Of a DNA stretch of 64,000 nucleotides, positions 31,448 through 41,243 are shown piece after piece. This DNA is from Nitrospinales bacterium. GTDB taxonomy: Bacteria > Nitrospinota > Nitrospinia > Nitrospinales > VA-1. Positions within the stretch are counted from its first letter, which is position 1, and each line of letters opens with the position of its first letter. Both the position numbers and the translations under genes were made by a program. The stretch spans positions 1,728,001 through 1,792,000 of the forward strand of contig OZ253496.1 of the NCBI GenBank assembly GCA_965262115.1, read 5' to 3'. The notes under the pieces are model-generated. The model was given only the letters and a program-made list of their open reading frames with translations, searched no databases and was not told the origin of the DNA.

Positions 31448-32233
31448 TTATTTTGCGCAACGAAAACCGGCAAAGTTTAATCGTTTGCCAGGTTTGGCGT
31501 CGGTACGGTCTGCAGGCCGCGTTCCGACGGCGTAATTGATCCACGAGCCTCCACGCATGACCTTGCGCTGACCTTTCAAAGGGCCTTTGGGGTTTTTTGT
31601 CGGCGAGTTTCCGTAATATTCTTTTCCATACCAATCGGACACCCATTCATAAACATTGCCGCCCATGTCATGCAAACCATATCCATTCGGGGGGAAGCTC
31701 CCTACCGGAGCGGTGGTTTCAAATCCATCCTTGAACTGTTTTGCTTTCCATCTTTTGTCACAATGAAGGTCGCAAAAATTAGCTTTGCCTGACTGAACTT
31801 CATTTCCCCAGAAATAAATATTTTCTTCTCCTCCTTTGGCGGCGATTTCCCACTCCGCTTCTGTCGGCAGGCGTTTGTCCTCTGACTTGCAATATTGCCG
31901 GGCTTCCCCCCAGGTCACTTTTTCCACAGGCAAACTCTTGCCTTTGAACCCGGATGGGTTGTTCCCCATTTTTCCGGCGAACTCTTCCTGGGTGATTTCA
32001 AATTTATCAATTAAAAAGGAATCGAGATAAATAGTGTGAATAGGCTCTTCGTCCTCAAACCACTTTCTTTTGCAGGGGTCACTATGTTTGATGCATTCCG
32101 ATAATGCCTTATCCGTTTTGAAACCAATTTTATAATTTCCCGCAGGAATGCGGATCATGGCCTCTTCGCTCCAACTTTTCTGGGGAAAGCTGAAAAGTGC
32201 AAAGACGATAAAGACAATTGATGTGCAATGCAT
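31448..32233 (-). CDS. FGE-sulfatase/SUMF1 domain protein
   Basis: RLPTEAEWE, PNGYGLHDMGGNVYEW, RGGSW and GFRCAK. Confidence 0.9.
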   Translation of the reverse strand: MHCTSIVFIVFALFSFPQKSWSEEAMIRIPAGNYKIGFKTDKALSECIKHSDPCKRKWFEDEEPIHTIYLDSFLIDKFEITQEEFAGKMGNNPSGFKGKSLPVEKVTWGEARQYCKSEDKRLPTEAEWEIAAKGGEENIYFWGNEVQSGKANFCDLHCDKRWKAKQFKDGFETTAPVGSFPPNGYGLHDMGGNVYEWVSDWYGKEYYGNSPTKNPKGPLKGQRKVMRGGSWINYAVGTRPADRTDAKPGKRLNFAGFRCAK

Positions 32234-32248
32234 GGGTGGCCTGTTTCG

Positions 32249-33643
32249 CTAAATCAGTTTTGATCGGAACACTAACAGCTTCTCTTCTGTCATTTCCATC
32301 ATGGCGGGAAGAATTCCTCCAACGCCTAACCCGGAAGTTTTGCGGCCATAGAACGGCATCCAATCGACCCGGAACGCGGTGTGGTCGTTGATCATGACAG
32401 CGGCGGCGTTGATCCTTTTGGCGGTGTCCAGAGCGGTGTCGATATTTTGGGTGAACACCGCGGCTTGAAAAGAAAAGGGTGTTTGATTGGCTCTTTTGAT
32501 CGCTTTCAAACGGTCTTTAAAGGAATAAATAATGACGACCGGCCCGAATATTTCCTGGGAAGAGACCTTGTCCTTGTCGGAAGGATTGAGGATGACTGTG
32601 GGGGCGTAACAGGTGGTGCCGATTTTTTTTCCTCCGGTCAGGATTTTTGCACCATTCTTTTTCGCTTCTTTCACCCATTGATCAACACGGTCCACTTCTT
32701 TTTCCTGAATCAACGGACCGACTTCCGTTTTTTCATCAGTGGGGTCGCCAACCACAAGTTTTTTAGCCAGCTTGACCAGCCCTTTTGAAAATTTGTCGAC
32801 AAGCTTTTCATGCACAAATACTTTTTGCACGGAAACGCAAACCTGCCCGGCATGGTAAAAACCTCCTTTGGCAAGCAAGGGCAGGGCATCCTTCAGGTCC
32901 GCGTCATGATCGACGATCACCGGGGCTGCACCGCCATGCTCCAGGGCGCAGCGAGTGCCCGGGGCCAGCTTGGACCGGAGTTTCCATCCGACCTCTCCCG
33001 AACCGATGAACGAGAAAAACGCCACGCGAGGATCGGTTACGAGTTTTTCTGCCAGAGAACTTTCGCAAACGAGTGCCTGACACCATTCCTCGGGTAGTCC
33101 CGCCTCATACAAACATTCAACGAGGTTGAGACAGGAAAGAGGGGTTGCGCGCGCAGGTTTTACGATGACCGGACAGCCCACCGCCACTGCCGGAATCATC
33201 TGGTGGACAATTAAATTGAAAGGGTGGTTGAACGCGCTGATGGCGGCGACCACACCAATCGGTTCCCTAGTGGTCAGGGCCATCCTGTTCATGGATGAAG
33301 CGGTCAGGTTCATGGGGATTTCATGCCCAGTCAACTGGCTGATAGACTGTGCTGCTTCACGGATGCCCTGAACCGCACGATCAAGCTCGATGCGGGAATC
33401 GATCAATGGCTTGCCGCCTTCTTCCGACGACTGGCGGGCAAACTTCTCGGCTTTGGACTGAACAATATCTGCGGTTTTTTCCAGTATCTCGATGCGCCTG
33501 GGAGCGGGAAGGATTTTGTCCGAGTCCTGTGCCAATTGATAAGCGGTTTTCAGAGTCTTCTCGACTCGGGTTGCGTTATCCAGATTAATTTCAGCAATCA
33601 AATGGCCGTCGTAAGGCGAGTTTACCTTCAAGCGTTTCGTCAT
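32249..33643 (-). CDS. NAD(P)-dependent aldehyde dehydrogenase
   Basis: AFNHP, FIGSG, LEHGG, GQVCVS and EIFGPV. Confidence 0.92.
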   Translation of the reverse strand: MTKRLKVNSPYDGHLIAEINLDNATRVEKTLKTAYQLAQDSDKILPAPRRIEILEKTADIVQSKAEKFARQSSEEGGKPLIDSRIELDRAVQGIREAAQSISQLTGHEIPMNLTASSMNRMALTTREPIGVVAAISAFNHPFNLIVHQMIPAVAVGCPVIVKPARATPLSCLNLVECLYEAGLPEEWCQALVCESSLAEKLVTDPRVAFFSFIGSGEVGWKLRSKLAPGTRCALEHGGAAPVIVDHDADLKDALPLLAKGGFYHAGQVCVSVQKVFVHEKLVDKFSKGLVKLAKKLVVGDPTDEKTEVGPLIQEKEVDRVDQWVKEAKKNGAKILTGGKKIGTTCYAPTVILNPSDKDKVSSQEIFGPVVIIYSFKDRLKAIKRANQTPFSFQAAVFTQNIDTALDTAKRINAAAVMINDHTAFRVDWMPFYGRKTSGLGVGGILPAMMEMTEEKLLVFRSKLI

Positions 33644-33735
33644 GAAGCGGTCCTCATTAAAATTAACCAGCGTGATGCTGGCCAGACCACGCCCGGAGGG
33701 AGTGGGTGCTCAATTGCCCCGGTGGTTACACCGGT

Positions 33736-35376
33736 TTATAAAATACAGGTTCTTGCGTTCAGTTCGTCGATCAATACTTTTTCATTTTCCGAATAATCTA
33801 CCGGCACTTCGATCAGTTGCACTCCCTTGGCATTGAGGCATTCATTGAGAAGCCCGGGCAGTTGGTCGCTGGCTTTCAGGCGATGCCCCGTAGCTCCATA
33901 GGATTCGGCGTACTTAACAAAATCAGGGTTGCCGTAATCCAGACCAAAATCGGGGAAACCCATTCCGGCCTGTTTCCATTTGATCATTCCATAAGCGTCG
34001 TCGCGGAGGATCATCACGACAAGATTTAACCCCAGCCTCACTGCGGTTTCCATTTCCTGAGAATTCATCATGAAGCCGCCATCACCGCAAATCGCCATCA
34101 CTTTTCTATCAGGATGAACAATTTTTGCCCCTATCGCCGATGGCAGGCCGGCTCCCATAGTGGCCAGGGCATTATCCAACAAGACGGTATTAGGCCGATA
34201 GGCTTTATAATTGCGGGCGAACCAGATTTTGTAGACACCGTTATCGAGAGCAATAATGCCATCATCTGGCATGGCCTGCCGAACTTGCGCGACAAGATGC
34301 TGGGGGATCACCGGGAAACGGGCATCTTCACTTCGCTCTTTTAAATGTAACTCAACTTCGGTTTTGACCCGTTCGAAATAGCTGAAGTCCCAGTCCGCAC
34401 ATTTTTCCAGTTTGTCGGCCAGCCTGTCAATGCTTCCGGCGATGTCGCCGATGACATCCAGTTGTGGAAAATATACTTCATCGACATTAGCAGAAAAATA
34501 ATTGATGTGAATCACCTTGGCTCCATTGGAGGACATGAAAAAGGGCGGTTTTTCTATGACATCGTGCCCCACATTGATGATCAGGTCGGCGCGATCGATG
34601 GCACAGTGCAGATAGTCCTTGCTGGAGAGCGCGGCGGTGCCGAGAAAGTGGGGGTGGCTTTCATCCACTACGCCTTTACCCATCTGGGTGTTGAAGCAGT
34701 ATATGCCGGTCTTCTTGATGAATTTAGTCAAGGCACCGCAGGTGCGGTTGCGGTTAGCCCCGGCACCAATGAGCAAAAGTGGATGTTTTGCTGCGTCAAT
34801 CATTTCTACCGCTTTATCAAGCGCCTTTTCATCAGACTGGGGTCTTCGGGTAGTAACGGTTTCGAAAGGAACGGTGGAACACTCTTCGGCGGCGATATCT
34901 TCCGGCAACTCCAAATGCACCGCCCCCGGCCTTTCTTCCCGGGCTATGCGCATGGCTTCATGAATCAGCACGGGGATATTGTTTCCATGCACGATCTGTT
35001 TGGTGAACTTGGTGAGAGGCCGCATCATTTCCACAACGTCGATGATCTGGAAGCGCCCCTGCTTACTTTTTTTAATGGGCTTCTGACCGGATATCATGAG
35101 AATGGGCATGGCCCCCAATTGTGCGTAAGCACCCGACGTTACAAAATTGGTCACTCCGGGTCCTAATGTAGAAAGGCAGACTCCAACTTTTCCGGTCAGC
35201 CTTCCATAAGTTGCGGCCATGAACCCGGCCCCCTGCTCGTGGCGGGTGAGAATCAGTTTGATTTTGGAGGTCCTTAAGGATTCGAGAAAATCAAGATTCT
35301 CTTCTCCGGGAATGCCAAAAATATATTCCACACCCTCATGTTCGAGAGAACGGATAAAAAGGTCAGATGCTTTCAT
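33736..35376 (-). CDS. ThDP-dependent acetolactate-synthase-like enzyme (possible 2-oxoacid decarboxylase)
   Basis: FGIPGEENL, RHEQGAGFMA and GDGGFMMNSQE. Confidence 0.88.
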   Translation of the reverse strand: MKASDLFIRSLEHEGVEYIFGIPGEENLDFLESLRTSKIKLILTRHEQGAGFMAATYGRLTGKVGVCLSTLGPGVTNFVTSGAYAQLGAMPILMISGQKPIKKSKQGRFQIIDVVEMMRPLTKFTKQIVHGNNIPVLIHEAMRIAREERPGAVHLELPEDIAAEECSTVPFETVTTRRPQSDEKALDKAVEMIDAAKHPLLLIGAGANRNRTCGALTKFIKKTGIYCFNTQMGKGVVDESHPHFLGTAALSSKDYLHCAIDRADLIINVGHDVIEKPPFFMSSNGAKVIHINYFSANVDEVYFPQLDVIGDIAGSIDRLADKLEKCADWDFSYFERVKTEVELHLKERSEDARFPVIPQHLVAQVRQAMPDDGIIALDNGVYKIWFARNYKAYRPNTVLLDNALATMGAGLPSAIGAKIVHPDRKVMAICGDGGFMMNSQEMETAVRLGLNLVVMILRDDAYGMIKWKQAGMGFPDFGLDYGNPDFVKYAESYGATGHRLKASDQLPGLLNECLNAKGVQLIEVPVDYSENEKVLIDELNARTCIL

Positions 35377-35529
35377 GAACGAACCTCTAGTTTCAGAATC
35401 AGGGTTTATGAGAATCGTAGGGTAGAATTTACTGCATAACGCACTCATGTACAATGTCTATCGATTAGTGGTTTCCTTACAAAGGAAATTTGTGAAGGCA
35501 TTGGAGTTATAAATACTGCATGATGAGGG

Positions 35530-35577
35530 AAAACCGGAAGGGCGGAAGCACGATGCTTCCGCCCCGGTTTTTTTTCA
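35530..35577. terminator. Probable bidirectional intrinsic terminator
   Basis: aaaaccgg-gggcggaagca / tgcttccgccc-cggttttt hairpin. Confidence 0.6.
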
Positions 35578-35851
35578 GGAAGGTAACGCTTGCTTATTTT
35601 CTCTGCGGAGTCGTGCCATGGGACCCGGAACGGTTCCGCCAAAACTCCAGAAACTATATTTCACGCCATCAGCCAGATCACCCACATATTCTTTGGCTTC
35701 TAAATGGATCACAACGGTATCGGCTCCACGCTTTGTGGTGGGCGGAACATTGGGGGCGTGGGTCAATTGCCGTGACTCCGGCGAAAGCCGCAGAGGCGCC
35801 GAACCCGGCCACCAGGGCAAACACGACTGAAGCACATGTTAGTTTTTTCAT
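35575..35851 (-). pseudogene. nirK: N-terminal remnant of a copper nitrite reductase (frameshifted and truncated)
   Basis: Signal peptide in one frame; LTHAPNVPP...LEAKE...ADGVKYSFWSFGGTVPGPMARLR in another, then a stop. Confidence 0.72.
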
Positions 35852-36000
35852 TAGCAATCCTCCTGAAGTATTGAAAAAGCAGTTAATGAAAATGAAATAT
35901 GGGTGTGGATTAAAAAATCTCTTCATATCCCGAAATTTTCTGTGGCCGGCCCAAGACTCGAAAAAGAACCAGATCCAGACAAAAAGCCATATATGAGATA

Positions 36001-36070
36001 AAAAGATATATTTATCTTTTATTTAAAACCAAGATATGATATATTAAGTAGATGTCAAGATAAATTTATC
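36001..36070. promoter_or_regulatory. Two GATA-N4-TATC palindromes, candidate Rrf2-family operators
   Basis: AAAAGATATATTTATCTTTT (36001-20) and GATAAATTTATC (36059-70), between the nirK remnant and the Rrf2 gene. Confidence 0.5.
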
Positions 36071-36085
36071 CATTAAAGAGGTGCT

Positions 36086-36532
36086 ATGATTTCCCAGACT
36101 TCAGAATATGCTTTGCGGGCCGTGGTTTGTCTGGCCCAGAATCCGGATAAGCCTCACACCACAGCGGAAATTGCCAAGTGGACCAAGGTTCCCGAGCATT
36201 ATCTGTCCAAGGTTTTGCTGGCTCTAGCCAAGCACGAGGTGGTTTTTTCCAAGAAAGGTCTGCATGGGGGTTATGTGCTGGCGCACGACCCTGAAGACCT
36301 GCCATTGCTGAATGTCATCAACGCGGTGGACCCCATCAAACATATAAAGAGTTGTCCCTTGAAACTGAAAACCCATGGCACCCATCTTTGTCGACTGCAT
36401 AAACGGGTCAATGATTCGATTGACATGATAGAAGAACTATTTCGCACCTCGACCGTTGCCTTGATTCTGAACGAACCCACTCAAAGTATCCCGCTTTGCG
36501 AATCTGTCACCACTCAGCGTGGGGCTAACTAG
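36086..36532 (+). CDS. Rrf2 family transcriptional regulator
   Basis: SEYALRA, YLSKVL, S.KG..GGY.LA and Cys residues. Confidence 0.92.
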   Translation: MISQTSEYALRAVVCLAQNPDKPHTTAEIAKWTKVPEHYLSKVLLALAKHEVVFSKKGLHGGYVLAHDPEDLPLLNVINAVDPIKHIKSCPLKLKTHGTHLCRLHKRVNDSIDMIEELFRTSTVALILNEPTQSIPLCESVTTQRGAN

Positions 36533-36817
36533 CAATAGCTATAGAAGGCTAACAAAAAATTGTCTCGGCCTAAGCAACCATGGTCCCGTTTCCCCGGACG
36601 GGATCCGACATGGGGCTAACTAGCCCACCGGGCTACCGGTCTCATTGCCGCTAGTTGTGCCGAGTGGAAGGGGTACTGTTTGTAAAATTTTTTTCACAAC
36701 CTTCCATTAGGATTTATGCTTTTTTCGATTATACTTTGCATAGATGATAATGCAGGGTTTGCCTGAACTTCCAGGTAGGCTGTAAAACGAAGGCACAATT
36801 TATACGGGGAGAAAAAA

Positions 36818-36976
36818 ATGTCTGAGACCACAGGAAAAGATGTCATGAGTGAGGAAGAGGCTGTTCAGGAAAGTATATTTCAAGTTTCAGCCATCATTGC
36901 TTTGCTGGAACAAAAGAGGATCGTAACGCGCCAGGAAATTTTGGATGAAGTAGAAGGACTAAAAAGCCGGGGATAG
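36818..36976 (+). CDS. Small hypothetical protein (52 aa; not in the ORF track)
   Basis: GGGGAG ribosome-binding site, then MSETTGKDVMSEEEAVQESIFQVSAIIALLEQKRIVTRQEILDEVEGLKSRG. Confidence 0.6.
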   Translation: MSETTGKDVMSEEEAVQESIFQVSAIIALLEQKRIVTRQEILDEVEGLKSRG

Positions 36977-37054
36977 CCGAGAAGCCCGATGGCCAAGGAA
37001 AAAGCAAACCCACTGGTTTTACCTTCAGGCTCACTGAATTTGTGGGCGCAAAAT

Positions 37055-37258
37055 TTATTTTTCCAGGTTTGATTTTAAAAAATTCTGCACAACTATTTTG
37101 GTATCTATTACATCAATCACCGCGTTATGGGTGATGATGGTCCCCAGCAGGCTCAAAGCTTGATTGGCGCGTTTTTGGTTTATTTTTGCCTGAACAATAT
37201 CGAGGATACGTTCTACTCTCAGGCCAAAGCTTTTCCCCTCGTGAGTGTGCACCACCAC
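37055..37258 (-). pseudogene. C-terminal CheW-like domain fragment
   Basis: VVH...KSFGLRVERILDIV...LLGTII....VIDVID resembles the end of a CheW domain; no upstream part. Confidence 0.55.
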
Positions 37259-37259
37259 T

Positions 37260-37774
37260 TCTTTCCCTTCGGAGAGTACTTCCCCTTGTCCGAGGTGTTT
37301 CCCTTTTTACCGAAGTGGTTCAGGTTCAACCGCAGCTATACTCCCGGCAATAATTACCGGGTGATGAACCTGGGAGGCATGGGGTTGATTCCGTCTTTAT
37401 GCTATGAGTCTGTGTTTTCCAGTCACACCCGGCGATTCATCCGTAACGAGGGAAATTTGATTGTCAATATGACGAACGACGGCTGGTGGGGTAGAAGTGA
37501 TCTTCCCATGGTTCATATGGCGGTGTCGATTTTTCGCACCGTTGAGTACCGCGTACAGATGGTGCGCGTGACCAACTCTGGAGTGGGGGCGTTTGTGGAA
37601 GCGACAGGTGAGATTGTTGCAGGCTCGATGACGCCAATGTTTGAAGAAGCCGTGACTTCCTTCCCCTTGTTTATTCCTGAAGAACGGTCTCCTTATTTTT
37701 ATCTTGGCGACTGGTTTCTATGGAGCCTGCTGGTTCTTTTTACTGCCGATCTTATCCGCCATCGTTTTAAGTAA
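37260..37774 (+). pseudogene. lnt: C-terminal fragment of apolipoprotein N-acyltransferase
   Basis: PFGEY.P, LCYES, N.TNDGW and RVTNSG; N-terminal membrane half is absent. Confidence 0.75.
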
Positions 37775-37798
37775 AGAAAGCATCTTAGGAAATGAACA

Positions 37799-39544
37799 TC
37801 AGTCTGAATCAAAAAATTTGTTTTGTTCCAGCTTGTCGAGGATGGAGGTCCAGGTCTCGGGTTGGTTGACCAGCTTGATCTTCCAGGTCTTGAGCGTGGT
37901 GCCGAGTGCCTGGTCGAAGTTGGTCAGGGCATTTTTGTAGTTGATGATTGAATCGGTTTCGCTGTTCTCGGCGGTGACCAGGTCGTTTTGAAAGGTGACG
38001 ATCTGAAAGTTGGTAGTGAGCCCCGCTTTGAGTTTTATCATTTCGACTTCCAGTTTTCTCTTGGAGAGCACCTTGGCCCGGTGGGCCAGGACGAGTTGCA
38101 GGATTTTTAATTCGATATCACGGATCCTGTCTTTAATATCGATTTCAATGCCTTCTTTTAATTCCCTCAGGGAAATCCTTGAGTTTTCCAAACCAATGCT
38201 TGAGCTGACATAGGACGAATGCCGACTCAGGTCGCCAAAAGGGATGGTGAGACTCAGCCCCACTGAATAGTCGGCTCGTCCTGCATCCGCCAACTTTCTT
38301 TCAGCGTTAGAGAATTTGGTGTCGGATCGACTAACGCTGGTGCTTGTGGTCAGTGAAAGATCCCAAAGGCGGTTGTTCTTGGCCACCATTAAACCCATCT
38401 TGGACACTTCATAATTGTTGAGCGCCTGCAGGTAATCCGTGCGGTTTGCCAGAGCGATCTGCAGGCTCTTTTCGTAGTCGGGCTTCATGAGCTTTAGGGT
38501 GGACTTATCTTCCTCCACAGGTACGATGTTCGATGCCTTGTTAACATCCAGAACCTGAATGAGGGAAAGCTGGCTGCTATCGAGATTGTTTCTTGATGTT
38601 AGAAAATCAAATTCTTTTTGGGCGATGTCGGCTTGACTCTGGATCAGTTCCACCCCTGCCAAGCGACCTGTTTCGACGAGAGCCTCGTTGATCGTGAGTT
38701 GTTTCTTTGCTCGTTCCAGTGAATCGGCGGCGATACTGCGTTTTTGGAAAGTCTGCAGGTAACTGCGGTAAGTGGTGATGACGGATGTGATGGTGCTGAT
38801 GAGAGTGGACTGAAGCGAGAGGAGATTATTTTCTTCACCGATCCGTGCTGTTCTTAGGGTCACGGTGTTGATGTCGATGCCCGCGCCTTTGGGCAGGGGT
38901 TGCGTAAAACCCAATGTCCAGGAGGTGGTCAATGAATATTCATCGACGGATTCCCCATCGGTGATGCTGTTGTCCCAGGCGAATGTGATCGTGCCGCCGG
39001 TCTTTATTTTTTGAGTAGCTGAAAAATTAGCTCCGTAAGTATGGATGTCTAAGCGGGTGTCATCAATAGCTGTTGGTCCGGTTGAACTCACTTTGTAACT
39101 GGGAGTGATGGTAAGATCGGGAACAAACTCGTCTTCGGAAACAGCAAGACTGTATTTCTGAGTCACTCGATCCAGATAGGCGCTTTTAATGGTGCGGTTA
39201 AAGCGCATGGCAAGGGCCACACTTTCTTCCAGAGTCAACGGGCCGGAGGGAAGTTTTGGGAATTTGACCCAAAGCCAGGAGTTAACCTACTTCCGCCAGG
39301 ATTTTTCTTTATCGTAGTTGGACGTTGTTCCCAGGTACAAGGAACCGTCAGGAAGTTTTGGGGACTTTATCCAATCCCAGATATCGTCGACCATCGAAGG
39401 GGACTGGGGTTTTTCCTGCGATATTGGTTCGGTTTTTTCTTCCTCGGCGTAGACCCCTGAGGCCGAAAAAAGAGCCATAATCAGGAGAATACCGAGGTAA
39501 CTCACTCTCAGAACCCGTATATATTTAGAAATGAAACCAGGCAC
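37799..39544 (-). pseudogene. TolC-family outer-membrane protein split by one in-frame TAG (39287-39289)
   Basis: Signal-peptide ORF 39287-39544 is in frame with 37799-39238 (LTLEESVALAMRFN, FTQPL). Confidence 0.7.
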
Positions 39545-39877
39545 ACTTTCTCCCTAAAGCTTTATTTTATAAAGATTTAGACTGTTTTTAGCCGAGGCAC
39601 ATCTATACCCCCTTTACTTATAAGTATTTACGGTTTTTTTTGAAGATGGGATTAGGAGAATAAACTGTTTAAAAACAAAATTTTAACAAGGACTTAACAT
39701 GCCAAAATCAAAGTTTCTTGACAATGCTCGTACAGAGGGGAGTTGATCTTTACAAGGTCAAGGAACTGGCGGGACATAAGGACATTTCTTCTACTCTCAG
39801 ATACGCACATTTGAGAAGAAAGGATCTGACAGATTGCATACGAGTGTTAGACAGTTCAGATTCTATCATAGGGGATA

Positions 39878-39915
39878 AAAATAAGGACTCACAGTAATCT
39901 GCAAGTCCTTATTTT
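39878..39915 (-). terminator. Terminator-like hairpin downstream of tRNA-Pro
   Basis: aaaataaggact...agtccttatttt. Confidence 0.55.
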
Positions 39916-39917
39916 AC

Positions 39918-39995
<78 letters not shown>

Positions 39996-40055
39996 AATTT
40001 TTTATAAACTTTTACTTTAATAAAATAAAATCTCTTGCTCATCGCCCCCACGGTT

Positions 40056-40093
40056 TAGCCCTCCGGGGCAAAAAGGCAAAGGTTAAATATCAC
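40056..40093 (-). repeat. GTGAT-hairpin mini-element copy overlapping a stop codon
   Basis: Reverse complement gtgatatttaacctttgcctttttgccccggagggcta. Confidence 0.7.
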
Positions 40094-40776
40094 TAGTGGG
40101 CGGAATGCATGCTATGTGTTTTTTTCCGTTGTTCTTCAGTCAGCAGGTTGAGCAAAGCGATTTTTGCTTCTGCCGTTGCCATGATCATTTGAGTTTTGGT
40201 CGCGGCAATTTTCCCAGCCGCTGATCGGATGGCTTGGGCATTTACCTTCTCAGCATGGACCAGTCTGTTGAACTCCATATGCGCAATTTTGTGCTCGGCC
40301 TTGTTGCGAATGCTTTTCTTCCGGTATTCAAATCGCAGTCTCTTGACTTCCGCCACCTGGGCTTCGGTCAGGCCCAGTTTGTCTTTGAAGCGTAACAAAT
40401 GGGTGAACGGGCATTTGCTGGTGTGGCTTCCATGTGAACTTTTTTTATAACCGTGACCGGATCGGGCATGGTGCGAACTTCCTTCGGACTTTTTGTAACT
40501 ATGTCCCTTTGATTTTCTATGATGGTAATAGGATTTTTTAGAGCCACTTCCTTCCGCTTTACGATGACTACTGTTTCCAGATATATGATGGCCCTTGCTT
40601 CCGGAAATATGGTGGGGCATTGTTTTGGTTTTACTGCCCTCAGCTTTTTTCTCTCCATGACTGTAACTGCCGGCACTGCCGGTGCCGATGGAGTCCATTC
40701 CGGTTGCAGCCAGAGCGCTTTGGCTGAAGAACAGGGTTGCAGTCAGAATGACCAGTCTTATTTTCAGATTAAACAT
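40093..40776 (-). CDS. Spy/CpxP-like periplasmic protein with His/Lys/Ser-rich N-terminal region
   Basis: Signal peptide, LGLTEAQ and LLTEEQ (LTxxQ) motifs, repeated K(A/S)EGS and HHISG. Confidence 0.8.
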   Translation of the reverse strand: MFNLKIRLVILTATLFFSQSALAATGMDSIGTGSAGSYSHGEKKAEGSKTKTMPHHISGSKGHHISGNSSHRKAEGSGSKKSYYHHRKSKGHSYKKSEGSSHHARSGHGYKKSSHGSHTSKCPFTHLLRFKDKLGLTEAQVAEVKRLRFEYRKKSIRNKAEHKIAHMEFNRLVHAEKVNAQAIRSAAGKIAATKTQMIMATAEAKIALLNLLTEEQRKKTHSMHSAH

Positions 40777-40910
40777 AATCCTCTCCTTGCTTTTGGGTGA
40801 GACCGAGGCAAATCATTTTTTAGCCTGAACCTTTTCCGATAGCCCAACAGGGCAGTTGCCAGTTTAATGCAGGTAAAGCCGTGCTTCACAACTGGCCCTA
40901 CGCTTGGTAA

Positions 40911-40987
<77 letters not shown>

Positions 40988-41000
40988 ATGTTTAAATAGT

Positions 41001-41045
41001 TGGGGTGATCGACAGGATTTTAATCCGCCTCCACGGGAGCCACAA
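41001..41045 (-). pseudogene. Degenerate 3' half of tRNA-His(GTG)
   Basis: Reverse complement TTGTGGCTCCCGTGGAGGCGGATTAAAATCCTGTCGATCACCCCA; 5' half absent. Confidence 0.6.
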
Positions 41046-41243
41046 CACAATGTATTTTAAGGCTATATGTTATGGAAAACGTGTGGATGTTTCCTTATGT
41101 ATTTTGCTAAAGAAAGACATTCTATATGGTATTGCAAAAGAAGGGAACAAGAAAATTTTAAATAATTTTTGGATCCGATGAGCTTCGGGATAGGATTCAG
41201 GGTGTTTCCAAAATTATTGTGTCAGAGGGAAATTGAGGAAAAA

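Noticed and set aside
30125..32233. FGE/C-type-lectin-fold genes as diversity-generating retroelement targets
   Set aside because: No reverse transcriptase in the window, and I saw no template repeat differing from either 3' end only at adenines
33672..33704. GTGAT...GCCCGGAGGG as another mini-element copy
   Set aside because: Too short and lacks the TTCRTG segment
36995..37056. GCAAACCCAC...GTGGGCGCAAAA resembling a c-di-GMP-I riboswitch
   Set aside because: Lacks the GNRA tetraloop and the second hairpin, and there is no intact downstream gene on that strand
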